32,000 nt of DNA from Nitrosospira multiformis ATCC 25196 (GCF_000196355.1 NC_007614.1:360001-392000), one strand, 5' to 3'. Positions 8,849 through 21,568 are shown, counted from the first letter of the stretch. Notes: generated by a model from the sequence alone, not told the origin. A program made the numbers and translations.

Positions 8849-10045
8849 ATGCAGCCACAGCCGCCATTTCCTTTACCGGGCGAAGCAGCGCTCGAGCATA
8901 GCCGCGTACTGACAAAACTCATTCATGAGAAAATCAGTGCAGCTGGCGGCTGGATTTCATTCGAGCATTACATGAGGCTGGCGTTGTACGCGCCGGGCAT
9001 GGGTTATTACAGCGGTGGTCCCGCCAAATTCGGCCAGGAAGGCGATTTCGTCACTGCCCCCGAAATTTCTCCGCTGTTTGGCAGGACTGTGGCGCGGCAG
9101 GCCAGGCAGATACTCGAGTTGGCGGATGAAGGCAGCTGTATTCTCGAATTTGGTGCCGGAACAGGTAAGCTGGCGCTCGATCTATTGGTTGAACTGGAAA
9201 AACTCGACTGTCTGCCCCAGCAGTATTTCATTCTCGAAGTCAGCGCGGAACTCCGGCAGCGTCAACGGCAGTTGCTTGAACAGTTCGCGCCGCATCTCGC
9301 TTCACGCGTTTTTTGGTTGAAGCATTTGCCGGAGCAGTTCAACGGTCTGATATTGGCCAATGAGGTGCTCGACGCCATGCCGGTTCACCTGATCGCGTGG
9401 CGTGGCACCACGGTGTACGAACGCGGTGTCTCCTCAGCCGGCCATGAGTTTATCTGGAGTGAGCGCCTTCTTGCAGAAGGAGTACTTTTCGAAGCGGCGC
9501 AGGAACTGGCGGATCGAATTCGTTTGGGGCGTAATGAAGGTGAATACGTCAGTGAAATCTGCCTGCAGGCACGCGGTTTCATTGCGAGTCTCGGCAAGAT
9601 GCTGCAACGAGGAGCGATCCTGCTGATCGATTACGGTTTCGGCCGGGATGAGTATTATCACCCTCAGCGCAGGCAGGGGACATTGATGTGTCATTACCGT
9701 CACCACACCCATGACAATCCGTTTTATCTCCCGGGTCTGCAGGATATAACCAGCCACGTCGATTTCAGCTCCGCTGCCAGTTCGGGGCTCGAAGCGGGCC
9801 TGCAGTTGCTGGGCTATACGACGCAAGCACACTTTCTCATCAATTGCGGAATAACCGAAATTCTGGCGGAGACACCTGCCGCGAACGCAAAGGATTATTT
9901 GCCACTGGCAAACCAGGTACAGAAACTGGTGAGCCCGGCTGAGATGGGGGAGTTGTTCAAAGTTATGATCCTGGGCAAAGGGATTGGCAATAATCATCCA
10001 CCTCCCGTCGGCTTTACGGGCGGCGACAAGAGTCGCCTGCTATAG
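8849..10045 (+). CDS. SAM-dependent methyltransferase, MidA/NDUFAF7 (COG1565/DUF185) family
   Basis: Characteristic ISFEHYMRLALYAPGMGYYSGG, FVTAPEISPLFG, ILEFGAGTGKLALDLL, NEVLDAMPVHL, LIDYGFGRDEYYHPQRRQGTLMCHYRH. The tracked ORF starts at 8624 (GTG), but family-like sequence begins at the internal ATG at 8849, and the 8624 start would overlap the divergent SDR gene. Confidence 0.9.
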   Translation: MQPQPPFPLPGEAALEHSRVLTKLIHEKISAAGGWISFEHYMRLALYAPGMGYYSGGPAKFGQEGDFVTAPEISPLFGRTVARQARQILELADEGSCILEFGAGTGKLALDLLVELEKLDCLPQQYFILEVSAELRQRQRQLLEQFAPHLASRVFWLKHLPEQFNGLILANEVLDAMPVHLIAWRGTTVYERGVSSAGHEFIWSERLLAEGVLFEAAQELADRIRLGRNEGEYVSEICLQARGFIASLGKMLQRGAILLIDYGFGRDEYYHPQRRQGTLMCHYRHHTHDNPFYLPGLQDITSHVDFSSAASSGLEAGLQLLGYTTQAHFLINCGITEILAETPAANAKDYLPLANQVQKLVSPAEMGELFKVMILGKGIGNNHPPPVGFTGGDKSRLL

Positions 10046-10169
10046 AAGGTTCGAACATAGTGGACCCGCTTCACATCGCTCCCGGCTTTTCTTTTCATAT
10101 GACATGCTATGATTGGATGAGTCCGATAAAGGTATTGCATGCTTTGAAACCGAGGGGGAGGGTTGATCC

Positions 10170-10613
10170 ATGACGACCGTAAAGGAATTGCTGGAAGGCA
10201 AAGGGTACGAAGTCGCGAGCATCGAGCCGGATAAATCGGTCTATGAGGCCATGCACCTGATGGCGGCGAAAAATATCGGTGCGTTGCTGGTGCTGCACCG
10301 GGGAAAACTGGTGGGTATTTTTACCGAGAGAGATTATTCCCGCAAGGCATATAGCCTGGATCGGCTCGCGAAAGATATCCAGGTGAAAGAACTCATGACC
10401 GCGCAGGTGGCGTATGTGAGCCCGGATTATTCCACCGAGGATTGCATGGCATTGGTGACTAAGACGCGGGCGCGCCACTTGCCCGTGCTGGCGAATGGTA
10501 AAGTCATGGGCATCATCTCCATCGGCGACCTGGTCAAGGATGCGATCTCGGGCCGCGAATTTATAATCGACCAGCTCGAGCGCTATATATACGGGACACG
10601 CAGCCCGGAATAA
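10170..10613 (+). CDS. CBS domain-containing protein
   Basis: Two CBS motifs: VYEAMHLMAAKNIGALLVLHRGKLVGIFTERDYSRK and EDCMALVTKTRARHLPVLANGKVMGIISIGDLVK. Confidence 0.92.
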   Translation: MTTVKELLEGKGYEVASIEPDKSVYEAMHLMAAKNIGALLVLHRGKLVGIFTERDYSRKAYSLDRLAKDIQVKELMTAQVAYVSPDYSTEDCMALVTKTRARHLPVLANGKVMGIISIGDLVKDAISGREFIIDQLERYIYGTRSPE

Positions 10614-10875
10614 GCCTATTGTACTACCCCTTGATATTATCTCCCTGTATTCCGCGATCAGGTCCGGGAGGCTCTGCCTCGATGAAACACTGCTCCCTAT
10701 CCGGTCGGCAGGTACGATTTGGAGAGTATGCGTCCTGCTCTCCTGACGATTTTGCCGGGTCTGCGCCTCTGCCGTAAGGGTGGGCGTGTGAATATTGGCA
10801 CGCATCTTCTTTTCATTCTCCCCGGTAAAATTTTTTTGAATTTGAACGGCTCTGACAAAAGCAGGTCTACTGTCC

Positions 10876-12258
10876 ATGAAGCCGGATGACCTTCCTTCCG
10901 ATGTTTCTTCGGATCCATTACTGCGATTGCGCCGCCAAATAAGCGACGAGGCCAGCCAGTGCGTTGCGTGCGGCCTTTGCGTGCCGCATTGTCCCAGTTA
11001 TCGGGTTACCCTGTCGGAAGCTGATTCCCCGCGTGGTCGCATTGCGTTGATGAGTGGCGTAGCCGCGGGACGCATTCCAATGAACGCACGTTTCGCATTG
11101 CACATGGATCGCTGCCTTACCTGCCGTGCCTGCGAAGCCGTCTGCCCCAACCACGTACGTTTTGGCGAGTTGATAGACGACGCCCGGGAGATGATTTCGT
11201 CACCGCCGCTCGAGTTCGGGGGGAACAATCCGGGAGCCCGGGTATCCAGCTTTCGGAAATGGGTGGAGCGTGAGCTGATCGCCAGGCCCTCGCGTATCGA
11301 TGCATTGCGGCCGCTTCTGCGTTTTTACCAGCGAAGCGGTTTGCAGAAATGGGTACGAAAATCCGGTTTGCTGGGCAAGACGAAACTCGCCTTGCTGGAA
11401 GCCCAGATTCCATTTATTGACCAGCCCCGTTCTTCGTCATGGTCGGTTGTTTATCCTGCTGTGGGCAAGCCGCGCGGAGAGGTGGGGCTGTTCCTGGGTT
11501 GCGTCGCGCGCGTGGCGGATGCAACCACCCTGGACGCGGCCTTGTTCGTACTCAACCAACTGGGCTATGTCGTGCATGTGCCCACGGGGCAGACTTGCTG
11601 CGGAGCGCTTCACCAGCACAGGGGCGATATGGACGCGGCAGCGCAACTGGAACGTCAGAACGTGGAGGCGTTCGCTGGATTGGACTTGGGCGCGATCATC
11701 ACCACGGCATCCGGATGCGGTGCGCAGTTATCCGAATATTCCTCTTTTTCCGGCTCGCAGCGCACGACAAGGGCGCCCGCGGTAAGCTCACAAGCCGGAG
11801 GTGAGACAACCAGGCGATCGCCGCCGAAGGTCTTGGATATCAGTGAATTCCTGGCGGAGGCGGAAGGATGGGAAGATGCCAGATTCCAGCCCCTGCCACA
11901 CAAAATCCTGGTACATGAGCCTTGCACCTTGCGCAATGTATTACGCGCGTCGACATACGCCTATAAGCTGCTGGAGCGCATCCCGCAAGCGCAAGTAGTA
12001 CCTCTTGCCGGGAATGATCAATGCTGCGGCGCTGCCGGAACCTATTTCCTGGATCAACCGGAGATATCGGCGGCGCTGCTTGAGGATAAAGTGACAGCTT
12101 TGAAAGCAGGGCAGGCGTGTTACCTTGCAACCTCCAACGTGGGCTGCGCGCTGCATATCGCTGCCGGCTTGCGCCGGCCAGGGCTGGGGATCGAAGTCAT
12201 TCACCCGGTAACATTAATAGCAAGGCAAATGGGTATGCAATCCCAATCCCTGAAATAG
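10876..12258 (+). CDS. glcF: (Fe-S)-binding protein, glycolate oxidase iron-sulfur subunit-like
   Basis: Two 4Fe-4S motifs (CVACGLCVPHCPSYR; CLTCRACEAVCPNHVRFGELIDDAR) and two cysteine-rich CCG-type domains (QTCCGALHQHRGD; NDQCCGAAGTYFLDQPEIS). Confidence 0.88.
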   Translation: MKPDDLPSDVSSDPLLRLRRQISDEASQCVACGLCVPHCPSYRVTLSEADSPRGRIALMSGVAAGRIPMNARFALHMDRCLTCRACEAVCPNHVRFGELIDDAREMISSPPLEFGGNNPGARVSSFRKWVERELIARPSRIDALRPLLRFYQRSGLQKWVRKSGLLGKTKLALLEAQIPFIDQPRSSSWSVVYPAVGKPRGEVGLFLGCVARVADATTLDAALFVLNQLGYVVHVPTGQTCCGALHQHRGDMDAAAQLERQNVEAFAGLDLGAIITTASGCGAQLSEYSSFSGSQRTTRAPAVSSQAGGETTRRSPPKVLDISEFLAEAEGWEDARFQPLPHKILVHEPCTLRNVLRASTYAYKLLERIPQAQVVPLAGNDQCCGAAGTYFLDQPEISAALLEDKVTALKAGQACYLATSNVGCALHIAAGLRRPGLGIEVIHPVTLIARQMGMQSQSLK

Positions 12259-12406
12259 CTTTATCGTGCGACTCAGCAAAGCAGGGGCGCAGACACGTTC
12301 AGAGTTTGATTTTCCCTATCCCCTGTAAAAGTCCTGGAAGTGCCTGGCTCTGCCACCGCTGACCACCTGAGGCCTCACTTCTTCAAGACTCATCATCCGG
12401 AATTCC

Positions 12407-13327
12407 TTATTGCATCACGGCCGACCATTCCTGTAACTGGTCAACCGTAGTGCTGACACCGCCACACACGATAATCAATACTTTTTTGTATCCGGACAAA
12501 GCTGGAACCCTTTCATAGACCGCCGCCAGCGCTACGCCGCAAGCGGGCTCAACCACCGCATCATGATCGCGCAGGAATTGCATGCACGCAGAAACGGCGA
12601 GCTTGTCCGGTAATACGACGCTCCCAATGCGATGTTTTCTCGAATATTCGAGGGCCTGCCTGCAAACCGCACTTGCCCCTAATGTCGTCGCAATGCTTGA
12701 TATCCTGGGCAACTCCACCAGCGCTCCTGCATTGAGTGCCTGAGCAAATGAGTCCGCGCCTTGGGTTTCGACGGCGATTATGGGCACATCCTGCCACTCA
12801 TTCCGATTCAGTCCCTCTATAACCCCGCACAGAAGACCGCCTCCGCCGACGGACAGGACGATTACATCAGGTTTTGGCCCTGTATCGACTATTTCATCAA
12901 TTATGCTGGCATGACCCGTCCAAATGAGCGGATCATCAAAGGGATGCAGAAAAGCGTCCTCAGGTTGCACGAGCGATCGCGCAAAAGCATTCGCCTCACT
13001 GAGAGATTTTCCCTGGATGATCACTTCCGCGCCCTCTCGCGCCATCAGTTCCCTGGCGCGCTTCGACGCGGTTTCCGGCACAACGATAACCACCGGCACG
13101 GACAGATTACGTCCGGCAAAGGCAACCGCAAGGCCGGCGTTTCCGCCAGATGATGAAATGAAGCGTTTTGCCCCGCGCCGGAAATATTCTTCACACGCAT
13201 ACCCGATTCCCCGGGCTTTAAAAGAGCCGGAGGGCTGGGCGATTTCCATTTTCAGCCAGACTGAATGTCCGGTTCTGTCGCTTAAAGGGCGCGATTCAAT
13301 TAATGGTGTCTGGATATGTAGAGGCAT
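12407..13327 (-). CDS. PLP-dependent serine/threonine dehydratase-like protein
   Basis: PLP lysine motif GSFKARGI, SSGGNAGLAVA, SVGGGGLLCGV phosphate-binding loop. Similar to L-serine/threonine dehydratases (fold type II). Confidence 0.85.
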   Translation of the reverse strand: MPLHIQTPLIESRPLSDRTGHSVWLKMEIAQPSGSFKARGIGYACEEYFRRGAKRFISSSGGNAGLAVAFAGRNLSVPVVIVVPETASKRARELMAREGAEVIIQGKSLSEANAFARSLVQPEDAFLHPFDDPLIWTGHASIIDEIVDTGPKPDVIVLSVGGGGLLCGVIEGLNRNEWQDVPIIAVETQGADSFAQALNAGALVELPRISSIATTLGASAVCRQALEYSRKHRIGSVVLPDKLAVSACMQFLRDHDAVVEPACGVALAAVYERVPALSGYKKVLIIVCGGVSTTVDQLQEWSAVMQ

Positions 13328-13580
13328 TTATACGATCTCGATCGAGCTGAGCCATGAGAATACATCATAAACGGTCTTTCAAACCAAAGCTGAAGACTTT
13401 GTTGATTGGAGAATTGGCGGTAATGAACATGAAAAAGCATTGATAGGGGGAACGGGAGGTTGAGAATATCGGAAGTCAGTCACCCTGTCACGTTAGCAAC
13501 AGGGCGAATGGGTATACAATTGCGGAATGGCGGGGTTATCATTCTTACCGTTTTCATTGTTTTCTTTCTCAGAGAATCCT

Positions 13581-14207
13581 ATGCCCAATCTAGACAAGCT
13601 CATCATTGGTTTCGACCACGCGCTGCGCACCTTGTTGACTCCGGCGCAGACACTGCGGCCAGTACCCGGAACCCAGTTGCCGGAGGCGGAGCTGAATGAT
13701 CTGGAGAAAAGCGAGTCGGCGGCACTGATGCGTGTCAACCACGTAGGTGAGATCTGTGCGCAGGCTCTTTATCAGGGCCAAGCGCTGACGGCGCGGAATG
13801 CCGAGGTCCAGCAGACACTTGCTCAGGCGGCGCGCGAGGAAACCGAGCATCTTGCCTGGACGGAACGCCGCATTAACGAATTAAGCGGGCGCAAGAGTCT
13901 ATTGAATCCGTTATGGTATGGCGGTTCATTTGCCATTGGCGCTTTCGCCGGATTGCTGGGTGACAAGTGGAACCTGGGGTTTCTTGCGGAAACCGAACGG
14001 CAGGTGTCTGCTCATCTCGGGGGACACCTGAGCCGTTTGCCGCACGCAGACGAGAAGAGCCGCGCCATTGTGACCCAGATGCAGATCGATGAGGCCGGAC
14101 ACGCCACCACCGCCGTGGCATACGGCGGCGCCGAACTGCCGATGCCGGTGAAACTGGTGATGAGAATGGCGTCATCGGTGATGACCCGGACGGCCTACTG
14201 GGTCTAA
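13581..14207 (+). CDS. coq7: 2-polyprenyl-3-methyl-6-methoxy-1,4-benzoquinone monooxygenase (Coq7)
   Basis: [41 protein letters not shown]: di-iron Coq7 motifs. The internal ATG at 13581 (MPNLDKLI) is preferred over the tracked start at 13527. Confidence 0.92.
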   Translation: MPNLDKLIIGFDHALRTLLTPAQTLRPVPGTQLPEAELNDLEKSESAALMRVNHVGEICAQALYQGQALTARNAEVQQTLAQAAREETEHLAWTERRINELSGRKSLLNPLWYGGSFAIGAFAGLLGDKWNLGFLAETERQVSAHLGGHLSRLPHADEKSRAIVTQMQIDEAGHATTAVAYGGAELPMPVKLVMRMASSVMTRTAYWV

Positions 14208-14251
14208 CGAATATAGCAGGCCTAAAACCCATACTGAGGGGTGAATGCTTG

Positions 14252-14668
14252 TCACGCTTCCACGATTTCAAAATCGTGGGTCAATTCTGCTGTTTTTGCC
14301 AGCATGATCGATGCGGAACAGTATTTCTCAGCGGACAAGCTGATTGCGCGTTCTACCTGGTGCGGATTCAGCTTTTTTCCAGTCAGGATGAAATGGAAGT
14401 GAATGCGGGTAAACACTTTCGGCTCTCGTTCGGCCCGTTCCGCTTCAATGCGCACCTCACAATCGCAGATCTCCTGACGGCCTTTTTTCAGGATCAGCAC
14501 AACATCAAAAGCTGCGCAGCCTCCGGTTCCCATCAACAGCATCTCCATCGGGCGGGGTCCGCGGTTCCTGCCTCCTGATTCCGGCGGTCCATCCATCAGT
14601 ACTGTATGGCCGCTGCCTGATTCACCCAGGAAACTTGCTTCTTCCTGCCATTTGACGCTTGCTTTCAT
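14252..14668 (-). CDS. OsmC family protein
   Basis: RPMEMLLMGTGGCAAFDVVLILKKGRQEICDCEV and HLTC-like ISLSAEKYCSASIML region typical of OsmC-like peroxidases. Confidence 0.9.
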   Translation of the reverse strand: MKASVKWQEEASFLGESGSGHTVLMDGPPESGGRNRGPRPMEMLLMGTGGCAAFDVVLILKKGRQEICDCEVRIEAERAEREPKVFTRIHFHFILTGKKLNPHQVERAISLSAEKYCSASIMLAKTAELTHDFEIVEA

Positions 14669-14737
14669 GCCGCTCCTCTCCAGAGAATTCGATTACGCTA
14701 TTCTAGCGACTTCCAGCCATGCCGAGTGTAATGCCCC

Positions 14738-15493
14738 TCAATCCGGCTCAGGCATCAGGCGGTACCACAATATGCCAATGACCTCGTGGAAGAACAGGCT
14801 GCTTTTGAGAAGCGCCCCGGCGTTTGGAATGAATGTGAGCAGATCGGTCTTGTAACGCCGCGTGTATCCTGTGGCAGCAGGCGTAACCTCGAATCCCGCC
14901 TGTTCGAATTCGCGCGCCGCTCTCGGCATGTGCCATGCGTGGGTGACAAGCGCGATCTGGCGGATACCTTGTTTTTGCAGGATGGCGAAGCTTTTGTAGG
15001 CGTTTTCCCGAGTATTGCTCGATGTCTCCTCTACCCACTCGACCGGAACGAGAAACTCCTCTTCCAGCACCGCCTTCATTTGCATGGCTTCGGAGGAGTG
15101 ATTACCAAGAGGAGCGCCCCCTGCGGTCAGTATAGGCTTGCCAGTCAGGCGATATATTTTCGCCGCATAGCGGACACGTTCCAGTGTGTATCTGCCAACC
15201 GTATGATCGCCATACTCCGGCGCGTAATAGTAAGTTCCTCCGCCCAGCACGATGATGGCTTGTATCGTGTCGTCAAACGGATTCTTTTCGGAAGGGGTTT
15301 CCAGTACCTGCAACAGGGCGTCCGCGACGATCGGAGTGGAAAGAAGGTAAAGCAGAGCAAGTGCAGCAGCCACCAATGTCATACCTGTTCCCTGTCGGCG
15401 TTTCAGGAGCAGGATGCCCGCGGCGCCCAGTAAAATGAGGTTAAACGGGGGGAGAAGAAATGCGCTTGCGAAGTTGGTTGCAAACCAGCTCAT
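14738..15493 (-). CDS. YdcF/ElyC/SanA family protein (DUF218)
   Basis: AIIVLGGGTYY, KPILTAGGAP, VEETSSNTRENAYKSF, ALVTHAWHMPRAAREFEQAG motifs. The start was moved to the ATG at 15493 because the tracked GTG at 15541 lies inside a terminator hairpin. Confidence 0.88.
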   Translation of the reverse strand: MSWFATNFASAFLLPPFNLILLGAAGILLLKRRQGTGMTLVAAALALLYLLSTPIVADALLQVLETPSEKNPFDDTIQAIIVLGGGTYYYAPEYGDHTVGRYTLERVRYAAKIYRLTGKPILTAGGAPLGNHSSEAMQMKAVLEEEFLVPVEWVEETSSNTRENAYKSFAILQKQGIRQIALVTHAWHMPRAAREFEQAGFEVTPAATGYTRRYKTDLLTFIPNAGALLKSSLFFHEVIGILWYRLMPEPD

Positions 15494-15526
15494 GTACTCA
15501 TGTACTTTTGGCAGGGGCAGCCAAAA

Positions 15527-15556
15527 TAAAAAAGCCGGCACTTGCCGGCTTTTTTA
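15527..15556 (-). terminator. Strong rho-independent terminator (symmetrical, potentially bidirectional) downstream of the cytochrome c gene
   Basis: Perfect inverted repeat AAAAAAGCCGGC-ACTT-GCCGGCTTTTTT (15528-15555), located just 3' of the minus-strand cytochrome gene that ends at 15569. Confidence 0.88.
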
Positions 15557-15568
15557 GCGGACCCGGGC

Positions 15569-15877
15569 TTATTGGGTCAAAATCCACTTTGCCAAAGTCT
15601 TGGCATCTGCCTCGTTAACCTTTGCATTGGGCGGCATGGGAACCGGACCCCAAACTCCCTGACTTCCTTTCTGGATTTTTCCTGCCAGATAGTCCGCGGC
15701 TTTCGGGTCAGCCTTATACTTGGCCGCTATGTCCTTCAACGCAGGGCCGACCAGTTTCTTGTCCACCATATGACAATTCAGGCAACCGCTGCTTTTCGCC
15801 AGTTCGGGGCTCGCCTGCGCGGTACCGACAACCAACAAAGCTGATGCCGCAACCATTCCCATCCAGACAGCTTTCAT
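15569..15877 (-). CDS. Small periplasmic c-type cytochrome (class I, c-551/552-like)
   Basis: Signal peptide (MKAVWMGMVAASALLVVGTAQA), single CLNCH haem motif, PMPPN and distal Met region. The tracked ORF starts at 15886; the ATG at 15877 is equally plausible. Confidence 0.9.
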   Translation of the reverse strand: MKAVWMGMVAASALLVVGTAQASPELAKSSGCLNCHMVDKKLVGPALKDIAAKYKADPKAADYLAGKIQKGSQGVWGPVPMPPNAKVNEADAKTLAKWILTQ

Positions 15878-15898
15878 TACACACACTCCTTTTATCCG

Positions 15899-18001
<2,103 letters not shown>

Positions 18002-18024
18002 GGCTTTGTGGTGGAAAAAACGGA

Positions 18025-19698
18025 CTAGTCGGTGATTGCGCCGCGGCTGGCACTCGAGACGAGCTTCGAATATTTAGCGAGCACTCCCCGGGTGTAGCGC
18101 GGATGGGGCGGTTGCCATTCAGCCCGGCGCCGAGCCAGCTCATCTCCGGGAATGTTGAGCTGCAGCAGCCGTTGCTCGGCGTCTATGGTAATCGAATCGC
18201 CTTCTCGCACCAGCGCAATGGTCCCGCCTACGAACGCCTCCGGCGCCACGTGTCCAACCACCATTCCATAGGTGCCCCCGGAGAATCGTCCATCGGTGAT
18301 CAGGCCCACCGAATCTCCGAGTCCCTCGCCAATAAGCGCGGAAGTGGGAGACAGCATTTCCCGCATGCCGGGGCCGCCCTTGGGTCCCTCATAGCGTATC
18401 ACCACCACGTCGCCGGGCTGGATCTCCCGCGCAAGGATAGCTGCCATGCAGGCTTCTTCCGAATCGAATACGCGTGCCGGTCCGGTAATTTTTGGGGATT
18501 TCACCCCGGTGATTTTCGCCACGCACCCTTCTGGGGCGAGATTGCCCTTGAGTATGGCGAGGTGGCCCTGGACGTACAACGGGTTGTCCCACTGGCGAAT
18601 GACATCCTGATCTTCGCGAGGCTCTGACGGCACATCCTTCAATATCTCGGCAATGGTCTGTCCGCTGATGGTGATGCAGTCGCCATGCAACAGGCCGTGG
18701 TCGAGCAGCATTTTCATGACCTGGGGAATGCCCCCTGCCTTGTGCAGGTCGGTGGCAACGTACCGTCCCGAAGGTTTGAGATCGCACAGTACCGGCACTT
18801 TGCCGCGCATGCGTTCAAAATCATCGATGGTGAGTGTCACTTCGGCCGCATGGGCAATGGCGAGGAAGTGCAAAACAGCATTGGTGGAACCACCCACGGC
18901 CATGATCACCGCGATCGCGTTTTCAATGGACTTGCGGGTAATGATGTCGCGCGGGCGAATCTGTTTCCTGATGGCATCCACGAGCACTTCCGCGGAGCGC
19001 GCCGCGCTGGTTAGCTTCTCGCCATCCTCCGCGGCCATCGTGGAAGAATAGGGGAGACTCATGCCCATCGCTTCGAAAGCGGACGACATCGTATTGGCAG
19101 TGAACATGCCTCCGCAGGAGCCGGCTCCCGGACAGGCGTGGCGCTCCACTTCGAGCAGTTCTTTCGCGTCTATCTTGTGGGAGGTATATTGTCCGACGGC
19201 TTCGAATGCGCTGACAATAGTGAGATCCTTTCCTTTATAGTGGCCCGGTTTAATCGTTCCGCCATAAACAAAAATTGCGGGAACATTCATGCGCGCAATG
19301 GCGATCATTGCTCCTGGCATGTTCTTGTCACAGCCCCCGATGGCGATCACGCCATCCATGCTTTCGGCCTGCACCGCCGTTTCGATCGAGTCGGCAATGA
19401 CTTCGCGGGATACCAGTGAATACTTCATGCCCTCCGTTCCCATGGAGATGCCATCGGAAACGGTGATGGTACCGAACATCTGGGGCATCGCAGCCGCCTG
19501 TTTCAATGCCTGCTCGGCAGCCAGCGCCAGTTCGTTCAATCCCTTGTTGCAGGGTGTGATGGTGGAAAAGCCATTGGCCACGCCGACGATTGGTTTGTCG
19601 AAATCGTTGTCGCTGAAACCTACGGCCCGCAGCATCGCGCGGTTGGGGGTACGTTCCGCCCCCTGGGTGATTGCCCGGCTGCGCTGGTTATCTGACAT
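18025..19698 (-). CDS. ilvD: Dihydroxy-acid dehydratase
   Basis: [66 protein letters not shown]. Confidence 0.97.
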   Translation of the reverse strand: MSDNQRSRAITQGAERTPNRAMLRAVGFSDNDFDKPIVGVANGFSTITPCNKGLNELALAAEQALKQAAAMPQMFGTITVSDGISMGTEGMKYSLVSREVIADSIETAVQAESMDGVIAIGGCDKNMPGAMIAIARMNVPAIFVYGGTIKPGHYKGKDLTIVSAFEAVGQYTSHKIDAKELLEVERHACPGAGSCGGMFTANTMSSAFEAMGMSLPYSSTMAAEDGEKLTSAARSAEVLVDAIRKQIRPRDIITRKSIENAIAVIMAVGGSTNAVLHFLAIAHAAEVTLTIDDFERMRGKVPVLCDLKPSGRYVATDLHKAGGIPQVMKMLLDHGLLHGDCITISGQTIAEILKDVPSEPREDQDVIRQWDNPLYVQGHLAILKGNLAPEGCVAKITGVKSPKITGPARVFDSEEACMAAILAREIQPGDVVVIRYEGPKGGPGMREMLSPTSALIGEGLGDSVGLITDGRFSGGTYGMVVGHVAPEAFVGGTIALVREGDSITIDAEQRLLQLNIPGDELARRRAEWQPPHPRYTRGVLAKYSKLVSSASRGAITD

Positions 19699-20013
19699 GA
19701 GTTACTCCTTGGATTGAAAAAACGGGAATGCAGGCAAATTCTGGCGAATTCCGGTCAGGGGAAGAAGCGCCCGTGGCGGCTGCGAAGCGGTGAGGAAAGA
19801 AAAGGCAGTTCAAGGTCGCTCTTTTCCGTGTTCTCCGCAGTGGATAATCGTCGCCGTATGTATAATGAGGGGGAAAATGGGATTCCTTATTTCCATTCCT
19901 GCCCAACCTTTCGTCAGGAAGGGCTTTCGCTTTTCCTGCCGGTTTTCGCCGGTATGATGTTTTAATGCTGCGCTCGGTAAACAAGCTATTTTACCTCAAA
20001 AAAATGCAAGCCC

Positions 20014-20883
20014 ATGCTCGTTCATCCTCAGATTGATCCCATTGCCATCCAGCTCGGACCGCTCGCGGTCCGATGGTACGGGCTCATGTATCTCCTTGGT
20101 TTCGCTTGCTTCATTCTGCTGGGGCGCTACCGCATCAAACGAAATCCCGAGGGGGCGTTCACCATCAGCATGCTGGACGATATGCTATTTTACGGTGTGC
20201 TCGGTGTGATTGTGGGCGGCCGCCTGGGTCACATTTTTTTTTATCAGTTCGGCTATTATCTGGAGCATCCTCTGGAAATTTTTGCCGTCTGGCAAGGAGG
20301 AATGTCGTTTCACGGCGGTTTTCTCGGAGTGATAGCCGCCATGGCCCTGTTGGCGCGCAAATATCACCTGCGATGGCTCGTCGTGACGGATTTCATCGCC
20401 CCATTGGTGCCGCTGGGGCTGGGGGCGGGGCGTATCGGCAATTTTATCAATGCCGAATTATGGGGGCGGCCGACCGATGTGCCCTGGGGTATGATTTTTC
20501 CCTATGTCGACAACATTCCTCGCCATCCCTCGCAACTGTACGAGTTCGCGTTGGAAGGATTGGCGTTTTTTACGTTGATGTGGATTTATTCCGCGCGGCC
20601 GAGACCGGTTGGAGCAGTTTCCGGAATGTTTCTGATCGGTTACGGGGTATTCCGCTCGTTTGCAGAGTTTTTCCGCGAACCGGACGAAGGTTTCATGGGT
20701 ATGATGACGCTTGGGATCAGCATGGGTCAATGGCTGTCGCTCCCCATGATCCTCGCCGGGGTAATCATGCTCGTCTGGGCTTATCGTACCCAAGCCCCTG
20801 TGTCCGCGCGGGGGAAAGCCGGCAAAGCTGGCAAAGCCGCCAACGCTGTCGTCGCGGGAAAGCGCGGCAGCAAAGAGCGATAA
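20014..20883 (+). CDS. lgt: Prolipoprotein diacylglyceryl transferase
   Basis: [58 protein letters not shown] (Lgt signature). Confidence 0.96.
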   Translation: MLVHPQIDPIAIQLGPLAVRWYGLMYLLGFACFILLGRYRIKRNPEGAFTISMLDDMLFYGVLGVIVGGRLGHIFFYQFGYYLEHPLEIFAVWQGGMSFHGGFLGVIAAMALLARKYHLRWLVVTDFIAPLVPLGLGAGRIGNFINAELWGRPTDVPWGMIFPYVDNIPRHPSQLYEFALEGLAFFTLMWIYSARPRPVGAVSGMFLIGYGVFRSFAEFFREPDEGFMGMMTLGISMGQWLSLPMILAGVIMLVWAYRTQAPVSARGKAGKAGKAANAVVAGKRGSKER

Positions 20884-20893
20884 GCAGCTTTAC

Positions 20894-21493
20894 ATGTCTT
20901 TGCGCCGCTCCTACAGTCTGATCGCTCCGCTTTACGATGCCTTGCTTGCCGGGGCGGGCACGGGATTGCGGGCGGCCAGCCTTGAGCAATTGCCCCGGCA
21001 GGAGAACCTCGACATTCTCATCAGCGGCATTGGTACCGGGCTCGATCTCCCGCATGTTCCAGCGTGTCATCATTATGTAGGGCTGGACCTTACCGCGGCC
21101 ATGCTGAAGCGGGCAAGACCCAGGATAGGAAATCTGCATGTAGACCTCGTCCAGGGGGACAGCATGTCTCTGCCGTTTGTGGACACGTGCTTCGACCACG
21201 TGGTGCTGCATCTCATTCTGGCGATCGTACCGGATGCTCGCGCGTGCCTTAAAGAAACGGCGCGGGTACTGAAGCCTGGCGGCAGCGTGCTGATACTCGA
21301 TAAATTTCTGAAGCCAGGAGAAAACGCAGTGCTCCGGCGGATGGTGAACCTGCTGTCTCAACATATAGTGACGCGTCTGGATGTGGTTTTCGAAGAGGTG
21401 CTTGCAAGTGTTCCGCAACTGAAAGTGGAGTCAGACCAGCCGCTTCTGGCAGGAGGCTGGTTCCGAAGCATCCGACTCGTTAAAGCCGGTTAG
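20894..21493 (+). CDS. Class I SAM-dependent methyltransferase
   Basis: ILISGIGTGLDLPHV, YVGLDLTAAMLKRAR, SLPFVDTCFDHVV, ARVLKPGGSVLILDKF. It begins 10 bp after lgt, so the two are probably co-transcribed. Confidence 0.88.
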   Translation: MSLRRSYSLIAPLYDALLAGAGTGLRAASLEQLPRQENLDILISGIGTGLDLPHVPACHHYVGLDLTAAMLKRARPRIGNLHVDLVQGDSMSLPFVDTCFDHVVLHLILAIVPDARACLKETARVLKPGGSVLILDKFLKPGENAVLRRMVNLLSQHIVTRLDVVFEEVLASVPQLKVESDQPLLAGGWFRSIRLVKAG

Positions 21494-21568
21494 GACGCGA
21501 CCGGAATGCGATAAGGGTAGAATTTCTACGGGAGGCGAAACCGTCATCCCATCTTCAGCCGGAATGCC

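Noticed and set aside
9434-9997. 187-aa minus-strand ORF inside the MidA-like methyltransferase
   Set aside because: It is antisense to well-conserved methyltransferase sequence and has no motif of its own.
10024-10041. GGCGAC-AAGA-GTCGCC hairpin at the 3' end of the MidA-like gene
   Set aside because: It lies within coding sequence and lacks a following U-tract. A short GC stem is expected by chance in this composition.
10107-10877. 256-aa minus-strand ORF overlapping the CBS protein and the upstream region of glcF
   Set aside because: The segment is antisense to a well-supported CBS gene, its translation has no recognisable domain, and it contains low-complexity basic sequence. It is typical of shadow ORFs at this GC content.
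12225-13520. Similar short strings GGCAAATGGGTATGCAAT (glcF 3' end) and GGCGAATGGGTATACAAT (upstream of coq7)
   Set aside because: This is a single short match, with one copy inside coding sequence, and the flanks show no similarity. It is most likely coincidence rather than a repeat family.
20765-21418. 217-aa minus-strand ORF across the lgt/methyltransferase junction
   Set aside because: Both plus-strand genes are convincing. This is an antisense artefact.
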